This document shows positions 1 through 6,994 of a stretch of 24,946 bases of DNA, piece after piece. The notes beneath the pieces are model-generated. The model did no database searches and was not told where the DNA came from. It was given only the letters and a program-made list of their open reading frames with translations. How positions within the stretch are numbered: position 1 is the stretch's first letter; each line of letters opens with the position of its first letter. Origin of the DNA: a virus (taxonomy: Duplodnaviria > Caudoviricetes); IMG/VR virus record IMGVR_UViG_3300033076_000481, positions 1 to 24,946 of that record; one strand, given 5' to 3'. The translations under genes were made by a program, and so were the position numbers.

Positions 1-20
1 TAATAAAAATTAGAAAAAAG

Positions 21-59
21 ATAAAAGAAAAATCCCTAGGATGTGGCGTCCTAGGGATT
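21..59 (-). terminator. Rho-independent terminator
   Basis: 11-bp inverted repeat AATCCCTAGGA (31-41) / TCCTAGGGATT (49-59). The A-rich run at 21-30 becomes a U-rich tail on the minus strand. Confidence 0.75.
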
Positions 60-246
60 AATGGAGGATAAAGAATTTATTTAATACAGTTTCAAAAGAT
101 GGAAGAAAATCGTTGATATGTGGTCGGTTAATTAACTGCTAATCAAACAGATTATCGTAGTATAACTTAATTGTTATTTGAACTACGTTATTATAATACC
201 CTACAAGAAGATGGTAGAACTAGTAGAAAATAAATAAAATAAAAAG

Positions 247-274
247 TTGACAGGAAAATGAGCTAGATTAGTAT
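247..274 (+). promoter_or_regulatory. Possible sigma70-type promoter
   Basis: Perfect TTGACA (247-252), 16-bp spacer, TAGTAT (269-274), AT-rich UP-like tract upstream. It points into non-coding DNA. Confidence 0.4.
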
Positions 275-489
275 AGTTAGTAGAGGCTTCCCTAATTTCC
301 TAACCACTTTCCTTCCCCCAATACGTTATAAGCCTCTTCTTCCCTAAATTAGCTCTACACTACTTCCCTTAATTAAAAATCAGTTGGTGAGCTTTCTGTT
401 GGCCTTTAGACCTATCTCACCAGTATATTCTAGCTATTTACTAGTTCTATTTACATCACTATTTTCTACACTTCTGAACCTTTAATTCC

Positions 490-894
490 TTATTCTGGAT
501 AGTTTTCTTTTAACCATTTATAAAGATTTTTTCCACAGCAAAGGGTTGGAGCTAAATCTCTGTGAGCTACTATCTTTGCTTCTGGATAGCTTTCTTTCCA
601 TTTCCTTAATAAGATTTCTAATGAGAGAAGCTGAAAGGGTAATGGGTTTTCTATTTCAAAGTTTCCTGTTAAACATACTGCTAATGTTCCTTTATTCTTT
701 CCCTGCACAGAAGCTGGAACTACATCTTCTGGTCTTGTATCATGTATTGTTCCATCAGCAGTAATCACTTTATGATAGCCTATTCCTTTAAATCCTCTCG
801 CTTTATGCCAGCTTTCTATTTCGTCTACTGATGTATCTGATTTAGAAGCTGAATGATGAACTACTATATAGGTGATTGGTTTATTATTTTTCAT
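490..894 (-). CDS. N-acetylmuramoyl-L-alanine amidase (Amidase_2, T7 lysozyme-like endolysin)
   Basis: Motifs IVVHHSA, GIGYHKVITADG and AHRDL...CCG supply the His/His/Cys zinc ligands. ATG 894 is preferred over 906 because it follows a GGAG SD and the upstream stop. Confidence 0.9.
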   Translation of the reverse strand: MKNNKPITYIVVHHSASKSDTSVDEIESWHKARGFKGIGYHKVITADGTIHDTRPEDVVPASVQGKNKGTLAVCLTGNFEIENPLPFQLLSLEILLRKWKESYPEAKIVAHRDLAPTLCCGKNLYKWLKENYPE

Positions 895-895
895 G

Positions 896-1153
896 TTATT
901 CTCCATGTAAATCTTCTAGCATCTTTATTGGAAACCAAGTTTCTCTTCTCTCTATAAAATCAATAACCTTTACCTCTCCCGCCTCATTTTCTTCTGTCAC
1001 CATACCAAAGTATTCTTTTAGTTCTGTTTGGAATGTAACTTGTATTTTAGAAATTTGATGTCCAGCCTTTATCTTACTGAATAAAATAGATAAATCTTTA
1101 TCTGATAGCTGAAGTGATTTCCATCTAACTATTGTGCCAACTTCTATTTTCAT
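896..1153 (-). CDS. Hypothetical protein, possible SH3/KOW-like beta fold
   Basis: AAGGAG SD, tight packing with neighbours. The pattern IEVGTIVRW...GMVTE...VKV...WFP...LE is typical of small SH3-like phage proteins. Confidence 0.7.
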   Translation of the reverse strand: MKIEVGTIVRWKSLQLSDKDLSILFSKIKAGHQISKIQVTFQTELKEYFGMVTEENEAGEVKVIDFIERRETWFPIKMLEDLHGE

Positions 1154-1511
1154 TATTATGCTCCTTTAATTTATTAATTGCTGAATGATATATTTGATGT
1201 GCTCTTTGTTTTGTAAATCCAAAGACCTTTCCTATTCTATGAAAAGATAAACCATCCCATAAGTAATAGTAAACAACTTTCTTTTCTAAATCTTCCAACA
1301 AGTCAAGCCATTCAATTCCAGATTTCTCTTCTGGTTTTTGAATGGCTTTTTTCTTTTTTCCATCAATATATTCAATCCAACTATCTTCTGGAGAGGGGAT
1401 TTCTTTTTCTAGTTTCCAATCATCTATTCCAACGGGAAAATATCTCCAGCTATCTTTTAATTCTGTATGTGCTGAAAGCTCTTCTATTTCTTTATCTCTT
1501 TTAGTTTTCAT
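1125..1511 (-). CDS. Stand-alone sigma70 region-4 HTH protein
   Basis: C-terminal LEDLEKKVVYYYLWDGLSFHRIGKVFGFTKQRAHQIYHSAINKLK matches the Sigma70_r4 pattern. No region 2 is recognisable. Confidence 0.8.
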   Translation of the reverse strand: MKTKRDKEIEELSAHTELKDSWRYFPVGIDDWKLEKEIPSPEDSWIEYIDGKKKKAIQKPEEKSGIEWLDLLEDLEKKVVYYYLWDGLSFHRIGKVFGFTKQRAHQIYHSAINKLKEHNNENRSWHNS

Positions 1512-1827
1512 CTTTTCTTCCTTCTCTTATTTTTTTATTCATTTCTTCTAAATCAAGAAGGAGCTTATCCATCTTAAGATGTATTAGTTTTATCATAGAA
1601 AGCATTTCTTTTATTTCTTTATCTTCTATTCCTCTAAAGGGGCCAACAGAAGGGTTATTCTCTTCTTCTAATATTTCCTTCAAAGATAATATTTCTGATG
1701 GAAAATTTAAAGGGCCACCAACTAAATAATCATCTGTTGGCATTTGCATGATAGCTGGTTCAGCAACAATAATATTATCTATTTCAGATTTTATTAGATT
1801 ACTTACCTTGAATATTTTGTTAGACAT
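1501..1827 (-). CDS. Hypothetical protein with C-terminal coiled coil
   Basis: AAGGAG SD upstream; first gene of the leftward operon; overlaps the next start. Confidence 0.7.
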   Translation of the reverse strand: MSNKIFKVSNLIKSEIDNIIVAEPAIMQMPTDDYLVGGPLNFPSEILSLKEILEEENNPSVGPFRGIEDKEIKEMLSMIKLIHLKMDKLLLDLEEMNKKIREGRKDEN

Positions 1828-1935
1828 TTATTTATTCTCCTTGTTAGAACTTTACTTATTTATTTTCAGTTTAACTAAACTTTGCTTGATGGGCGTTAAG
1901 CCCAAGGGCTTGTAGTCCGAGATGCGCTCGTCCTA

Positions 1936-2026
1936 CACTTAATACACAGGAACAGAAATAAAAATAATTGTAATGGAAAATGAAAATAGTTGAAAAAAAG
2001 TTTCAGCACTTAATACACAGGAACAG
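1936..2026. repeat. Perfect 20-bp direct repeat CACTTAATACACAGGAACAG, two copies
   Basis: Copies at 1936-1955 and 2007-2026 with a 51-bp AT-rich spacer, inside the divergent intergenic region. Confidence 0.95.
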
Positions 2027-2238
2027 GAGCACTACAATTTTTGGAAATAATAAAAAAAAAGTTTAACTATTATTAGGAAAGTAAAGAATTTCTATTACTA
2101 AATAAAGTATGATTATAATAGTTCCAATTAGTGTAAATAAAGTTCCATAAAAAAGTGCTTTTGAGAATGCTGGATACTATTTATTATGTTAGGTTAAGAA
2201 ACAATTCCAGTTGGCGCTGGAAAGAAAGGAGAAATGAA

Positions 2239-2868
2239 ATGAAAAATGATTGGAGGCACATAAGGTTATGGCAAGTAGCACACGAACTAACCTTTAGATT
2301 TATGAGCGAATACAATAAACTTGGAACTATCATGAAGTTCTTTTCTTGGGATAAAGAGGACTTCGCATCTGAATTCTATCTACATATTCTAACCCATGAT
2401 AGAAATAGCACAGACCGTTTTAGAACTAGATGGTTAGAAGGAACTTGGGATTGGAATGACATAGGTGACAATAAACAATTCAGAGCTTGGGTTAAAACAG
2501 AGCTGAAGGCTTTTGTTGGACGTATGTATTATTTAGAAATCAGAAGAAGATTAGAAGAAGGTGAAGATGATAAATCTTTACTGCTAGATTATGTCCCAGA
2601 AGAAGAACTTTATAAATTTACAACTGAAGAAACAGGAGAACTTATGATTGAAGCAAATGATATTATCAAAATGATTGCAAGTTGGATGGTAAATAATGCT
2701 GATGATAGAGAGAAGTTTATCTATCTTTATCTTCTTGGCATGACTGAACTTCAGATTGAAGCTGACCGTGTTGTTAATTATCCAAGAGGTTCTGTATCCC
2801 TCAAAACATTTTATAATCACAGAGCAATATTATTAGAAAAAATAGGAGAAATAGGAAATGTCAAATAA
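2239..2868 (+). CDS. Phage-encoded ECF/sigma70-like sigma factor (putative)
   Basis: Region-2-like DKEDFASEFYLHIL...FRAWVKTELK and region-4-like DDREKFIYLYLLGMTE...SLKTFYNHR...LLEKI. ATG 2239 has AGGAG 7 nt upstream, so it is preferred over GTG 2155. Confidence 0.6.
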   Translation: MKNDWRHIRLWQVAHELTFRFMSEYNKLGTIMKFFSWDKEDFASEFYLHILTHDRNSTDRFRTRWLEGTWDWNDIGDNKQFRAWVKTELKAFVGRMYYLEIRRRLEEGEDDKSLLLDYVPEEELYKFTTEETGELMIEANDIIKMIASWMVNNADDREKFIYLYLLGMTELQIEADRVVNYPRGSVSLKTFYNHRAILLEKIGEIGNVK

Positions 2869-3403
2869 AGATTTTTGGTCCTCACTATCAAGTGGAGATA
2901 AAGGCGAAGCATACTGTATGGACTTGTTTGATTATATGAAAAGCACTAAACATTTAAGAGATTGGACAAAGGTTCCTCACTTTGTTTATAGCCACTTAAA
3001 AATAGAAGGTGAGAATGATTTTGTGTGGGAACTTTCAAGAGGAATAACCAAAGGCGTAGAAGCAAAAGATTTAGCTGGAGGAAAGAATGGTAGGGCTTAT
3101 CCTACAGGCGTAATAGAAGTTTGGAAAGATGATGATAAAAAAATAAGAGCTGGTTGGTGGAAAGCTACCGAATTAGGAATACTGGACTATTTATTCTTTG
3201 TAAATGAATTTGATAAAACTATTTATGTATTCAAGACCAAAGAATTAAAGGGTTGGATAGAAAAGAATAATCCACCATTAACAAGATGTGGTGATGGTAA
3301 TAAAAACGATAAAGGCTGGATTACAAAGTTTGGCTGGAAAGATAAAGAGAAAGGATTTTTTAGAGCATTCAAAAAGGAGAATGAAGAATGGACAACCGTA
3401 TAA
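2858..3403 (+). CDS. PD-(D/E)XK restriction-endonuclease-like nuclease
   Basis: G.KGE...NDF...VEAK catalytic pattern followed by IEVW...GWW..T...DYLFFV, typical of phage REase-fold proteins. AGGA SD; overlaps the upstream stop. Confidence 0.7.
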   Translation: MSNKDFWSSLSSGDKGEAYCMDLFDYMKSTKHLRDWTKVPHFVYSHLKIEGENDFVWELSRGITKGVEAKDLAGGKNGRAYPTGVIEVWKDDDKKIRAGWWKATELGILDYLFFVNEFDKTIYVFKTKELKGWIEKNNPPLTRCGDGNKNDKGWITKFGWKDKEKGFFRAFKKENEEWTTV

Positions 3404-3549
3404 AAATGATGCAATTATTTTTTGAAGAAATAATGGATGAAATAATTGAGGACGCAGAAATCCTCGAAAAAGCTTATGAATTAGAACATTCTGTCAAAGG
3501 CACACTTGACGTTCCCTCTATTAGTGAGGCGCCAACCTCCCTTGATTGA
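3388..3549 (+). CDS. Small acidic protein, 53 aa (absent from ORF track)
   Basis: MDNRIKMMQLFFEEIMDEIIEDAEILEKAYELEHSVKGTLDVPSISEAPTSLD*. AGGAG at 3375-3379; overlaps the nuclease 3' end; ends before the terminator. Confidence 0.6.
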   Translation: MDNRIKMMQLFFEEIMDEIIEDAEILEKAYELEHSVKGTLDVPSISEAPTSLD

Positions 3550-3580
3550 TTGACATTTCATTTAATAACCTCCTAATAAC

Positions 3581-3617
3581 AAAAGCCCTCCAAGGATTTC
3601 TCTTTGGAGGGTTCTTT
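3581..3617. terminator. Bidirectional Rho-independent terminator between convergent operons
   Basis: Stem CCCTCCAA (3586-3593) / TTGGAGGG (3604-3611), flanked by AAAA on the left and TTCTTT on the right. Confidence 0.8.
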
Positions 3618-3628
3618 GTATGTGGTTC

Positions 3629-3889
3629 TTATAGAACTGATAGATGCTGAAGAAGGTCTAATACTATATAAAGTGTTGATAAACCTACAGCTGCCCATGT
3701 TTTAATATCAGCTTTCTTTTTTGGTCCAGCAAGGTCAACTGCTACCTGTGCGACAATTGGAGCTACATCTTTTACAGCATCAACAATCTTTTCGCTTTTT
3801 GTTTCAGTAGCCTTTGAAGCCTCCACCACCTGTCCGACTGTTGGTGGAACTTTAGAAATCTTCTTTGTAAAAATCTCTTTTTTTACCAT
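3629..3889 (-). CDS. Small membrane protein with a C-terminal TM helix (lysis-module candidate)
   Basis: Hydrophobic TWAAVGLSTLYIVLDLL; TAATG overlap with the upstream gene; AAGGAG SD. Confidence 0.65.
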   Translation of the reverse strand: MVKKEIFTKKISKVPPTVGQVVEASKATETKSEKIVDAVKDVAPIVAQVAVDLAGPKKKADIKTWAAVGLSTLYIVLDLLQHLSVL

Positions 3890-4176
3890 TACATTCTCTC
3901 CTTAATAATCTTTATATCTGTTTTAATATCATCTATATCTACTTCAACACGCTCTTGTCTTTTTGCAAGTGAGGCGATTGTTGTTTCAAAAACTTCTCTA
4001 TCCTTACGATGTTCTTTCAAGATTTCCTTGATGTTCTCTTGCTGGTTTTCTACATATTTCTGGGCTAATGGGAAAGCTTGTGTTGTGGCAAATTTCCATA
4101 CCCCATACAGAACTAACATCATTACTGCAAGTGCTCCAAACGGCCCTAGAGCAGCTGTAATAAGGCTTTCTAACAT
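3889..4176 (-). CDS. Putative holin (single N-terminal TM plus coiled coil)
   Basis: TM segment ALGPFGALAVMMLVLYGVW followed by a charged coiled coil; at the end of the structural operon; GGAGGT SD. Confidence 0.6.
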   Translation of the reverse strand: MLESLITAALGPFGALAVMMLVLYGVWKFATTQAFPLAQKYVENQQENIKEILKEHRKDREVFETTIASLAKRQERVEVDIDDIKTDIKIIKERM

Positions 4177-4370
4177 TAGGAACCTCCTTCAACTTGCGGC
4201 CATTCTTCTTCTATGATTAAAGGAAATGTATCTCCGTCAGAAATATTATCCTGCATAGATGGAGGAATAATTAAATAATAAGCAGAACAGCCTGTAGCTT
4301 CTGCTATAGCTCTTGCTTCTTCATCTGTTGATGTAGGAGCAAGTAATGTTTTAACTATTAATGTTTTCAT
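4176..4370 (-). CDS. Small protein, possible tail-fibre chaperone
   Basis: GGAG SD; directly follows the glycine-rich fibre gene; TAATG coupling to the next gene. Confidence 0.6.
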   Translation of the reverse strand: MKTLIVKTLLAPTSTDEEARAIAEATGCSAYYLIIPPSMQDNISDGDTFPLIIEEEWPQVEGGS

Positions 4371-4377
4371 CTTTCTC

Positions 4378-5328
4378 CTATGCCAATACCATAATACAGA
4401 CAGAACCGTTGGTTCCAGCTATACCATTAATATTTACGCCAGTTCCAACGTTGTATGCTCCAGTTCCACCAACACCACCAGTTGCTGTGATAGTTCCAAG
4501 AGAAGCTAAAGGTGTTTGTGTTATAACTGTTACATTTCCTGCACCACCTCCACCACCTCCAGCACATTCACCAGTTCCAACACCTAGCACACCATCTCCA
4601 CCCTTACCGCCATTAGCAGAAATACGTCCGTTGTTTATGATATTTTTAGCAGCAATCCAAACAAGACCACCACCGCCTCCACCACCGCCAGAGATAAAGG
4701 TTCCAGATACATATGTAACAACGTTGATAGCACCACCACCACCAGCAGCACCACCATTAAAAGTGCCACCAGACCAACGCCCATCAAACCATCTGCTATT
4801 CCATTTCTGCCAAGGTGATGTTTGTGCAGCAGAACCACCTGCTCCACCTACGTTTGCTCTCAAAGAAACATCACCACCCTTACCACCAGTAGGAGGTTGA
4901 CCAGCATTATTATATGATGAATTTCCGCCAGAACCGTTTCCTACGTTTCCGTTGCCCCAGTTGACAGCTGTTAATGCCCAACCGTTTCCACCTTGTCCAC
5001 CAGCACCGCCAAGATAGTTTCTTGTATTTAAGATTAAACCACCAGCTTGTGAAGTAGAAGAATTTCCATCATCATTAAAAGAAGCACCAACACCTATTGT
5101 TAAAGTTCCTCTAACATAAATGCGATAGCCATTTGGTTTAAATGTATCTCCAACATTTATAAGTGTTAGATTATTAAAGTGCATTTCTCTTGATGCAGAA
5201 TAAGAACCAATAATAGTTAGGTCACCATCAGAGCCATCACCAAACTGACCAGCAAAAAACTGACTAGAAAGTGATGAACCAGAAACATCTGGTCCAAATA
5301 CATCTGCACCTGTTGAAGCTCCAGCCAT
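4378..5328 (-). CDS. Glycine-rich tail fibre/spike protein
   Basis: FGDGSDGD start and repeated GGGGGG/ANGGKGG motifs typical of polyglycine-II-sandwich phage tail proteins. Confidence 0.75.
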   Translation of the reverse strand: MAGASTGADVFGPDVSGSSLSSQFFAGQFGDGSDGDLTIIGSYSASREMHFNNLTLINVGDTFKPNGYRIYVRGTLTIGVGASFNDDGNSSTSQAGGLILNTRNYLGGAGGQGGNGWALTAVNWGNGNVGNGSGGNSSYNNAGQPPTGGKGGDVSLRANVGGAGGSAAQTSPWQKWNSRWFDGRWSGGTFNGGAAGGGGAINVVTYVSGTFISGGGGGGGGLVWIAAKNIINNGRISANGGKGGDGVLGVGTGECAGGGGGGAGNVTVITQTPLASLGTITATGGVGGTGAYNVGTGVNINGIAGTNGSVCIMVLA

Positions 5329-5546
5329 TACATTACACCATTAGGAGGGTCGGGCCAAGTAGCTATTTGAGCACAAGCTGCATCTAAATCTTCTGCACTA
5401 TTGATAGACCAAACACTACCATAGCATAGAAGCTGACCAACACCATCTGTAGGCCAAGCAGCATGAACAGCTTCAGATGTAAGTAACCAAGTATCTACAT
5501 ACCATACGTGTCCTATAACTGGATTTAACTGTATAATCTCTAACAT
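5328..5546 (-). CDS. Small protein, possible fibre chaperone
   Basis: Packed between two fibre-like genes, with TAATAAATG and TAATG junctions. Confidence 0.6.
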   Translation of the reverse strand: MLEIIQLNPVIGHVWYVDTWLLTSEAVHAAWPTDGVGQLLCYGSVWSINSAEDLDAACAQIATWPDPPNGVM

Positions 5547-5549
5547 TTA

Positions 5550-6533
5550 TTAGACCCTCTCTATGATATACATATTGAGCTTTTTAATAGCCCAGCTTGT
5601 TGCACCAGTATTAACATTTCCTGTCTTACACCAAGAAACAATAGCCCACAAATCATTATTTGATGTGGCACCAAAGCCACCAGCATTTGCATTATTAGCT
5701 GGGTTCCACTGCTCAACTGTGCCAGTTCCAGCAACTAATAAGTTATTATAATCTCTTACTGTTGCTGTTGATGTAGAATATTGATGATAGCCATAATAAC
5801 CAGAATAAAGAGCAGAGATTTTATTTGGTCCGCCATTCTGTGTAAAGCTATTGTATGGTGCAGTATTTGTTGTATAAAGTGATAATGCTCTAGCTGTTGT
5901 TGCAAGTGCATTAGGATTTCCACCACCTATTGCATCTGATAAACCATAGTTATAGTTAGCTAATGTAGCTGAACCAGTAGCACCTTCTGAACGCACTTGT
6001 GAGGTAATAAATCTAGTAGGTCTAGTGACTTGCCCTGTCCAATAAGTTGTCATACCCTGTGCAACACCAACATTTACCTGTGATAGAGAACTATTTGTTG
6101 GTGTATTAACGTTAGTAGTCCACATACCATCTACTTCAGCTTCTACTATAACTGCATACTTATTAAAGTTTACATCAGCTAGAATGTCACTAGATACAGT
6201 TCTTAAATCAATACCAAGTATTGGAGATTGAACTGCTGCCCAATAACCTAAAGCAAATATTGAATTTGCTGTTGATGGAACATTACCTACTAATCTTCCA
6301 TTAGATATACCAATAGAACATCCTGTATTAACAGCTAGATTTTTAATCTTTGCTGTAACAGATGGAACAGAAGAACCTGCTGCTGTTGTTAAAGTGTAAT
6401 CTCCATCAGCAGCAAAAGATTGATTTGCCATAGTGCTAAAATCTATAGAGGCAACAAGCTTTTTATTACCATCAGAAACTATTACAGTTCCGCCGCCTCC
6501 ACTAGTTTCTGGAAAACAATCTGTTATTCCCAT
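5550..6533 (-). CDS. Putative tail fibre/receptor-binding protein
   Basis: T/S/N/G-rich, beta-strand-rich 327 aa; N-terminal SGGGG linker; lies in the post-ejection tail module. Confidence 0.6.
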   Translation of the reverse strand: MGITDCFPETSGGGGTVIVSDGNKKLVASIDFSTMANQSFAADGDYTLTTAAGSSVPSVTAKIKNLAVNTGCSIGISNGRLVGNVPSTANSIFALGYWAAVQSPILGIDLRTVSSDILADVNFNKYAVIVEAEVDGMWTTNVNTPTNSSLSQVNVGVAQGMTTYWTGQVTRPTRFITSQVRSEGATGSATLANYNYGLSDAIGGGNPNALATTARALSLYTTNTAPYNSFTQNGGPNKISALYSGYYGYHQYSTSTATVRDYNNLLVAGTGTVEQWNPANNANAGGFGATSNNDLWAIVSWCKTGNVNTGATSWAIKKLNMYIIERV

Positions 6534-6535
6534 GA

Positions 6536-6946
6536 TTAAATTCTCTCGTAGGTTACTGTAATTTCTTTAAGTGTCGCAGTTCCAGCATCAGTTTTTACAG
6601 TCCAATAAATTTGTGCTGCTTCCAAGAAAGCATCAACGTCTACTTTATAAACTACACCACCTCTTGTTGGGGTTGTATATCCAAAAGCTAATGATGCTTT
6701 AGTATCTGGAACTAGCATTTCATCACCAGCAGCATCTGGAGAAAGACGAACGGTTAGAGCTGTGCATCCACCAGCTATAGCATGAACGTGAATGTAAATT
6801 GCTGAAACATGTAAGCCATTTGGAATTTGTGAATTATCATTTGAGCTAGCAACTGTAAGTGCTACTGGAGCATGAAAAGCTGTAGTAAGAGCTTGTGTAA
6901 CTGTTCCAGATGTAGCCTGTCTGATAGATGGTGAAACGTTTGGCAT
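6536..6946 (-). CDS. Virion protein, possible fibre adaptor
   Basis: AGGAG SD; beta-rich 136 aa; first gene after the conserved box at 6970-6993. Confidence 0.6.
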   Translation of the reverse strand: MPNVSPSIRQATSGTVTQALTTAFHAPVALTVASSNDNSQIPNGLHVSAIYIHVHAIAGGCTALTVRLSPDAAGDEMLVPDTKASLAFGYTTPTRGGVVYKVDVDAFLEAAQIYWTVKTDAGTATLKEITVTYERI

Positions 6947-6969
6947 TTATAAATCTCCTATTATGTTGT

Positions 6970-6993
6970 CTCTATTTATTTCGGAAAAGTCAA
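6970..6993 (-). promoter_or_regulatory. Conserved box, copy 1 (TTGACTTTTCCGAAATAAATAGAG)
   Basis: Matches three other intergenic copies; starts 1 nt after the upstream stop. Confidence 0.65.
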
Positions 6994-6994
6994 G

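Noticed and set aside
1936-2026. CRISPR mini-array
   Set aside because: Only two 20-bp non-palindromic repeats, a 51-bp low-complexity spacer, and no cas genes in the window.
2155-2238. N-terminal extension of the sigma-like ORF from GTG 2155
   Set aside because: No SD at 2155; a strong AGGAG precedes ATG 2239 and the interval holds promoter-like and hairpin sequence.
3550-3573. Fifth copy of the TTGAC box on the + strand (TTGACATTTCA)
   Set aside because: Lacks C11, T20 and the purine run, and points straight into a terminator.
3629-3889. Unimolecular spanin
   Set aside because: It has a C-terminal TM but no N-terminal lipobox cysteine.
4361-4900. Proline-rich + strand ORF (179 aa)
   Set aside because: Antisense shadow of GGT codons in the glycine-rich fibre gene.
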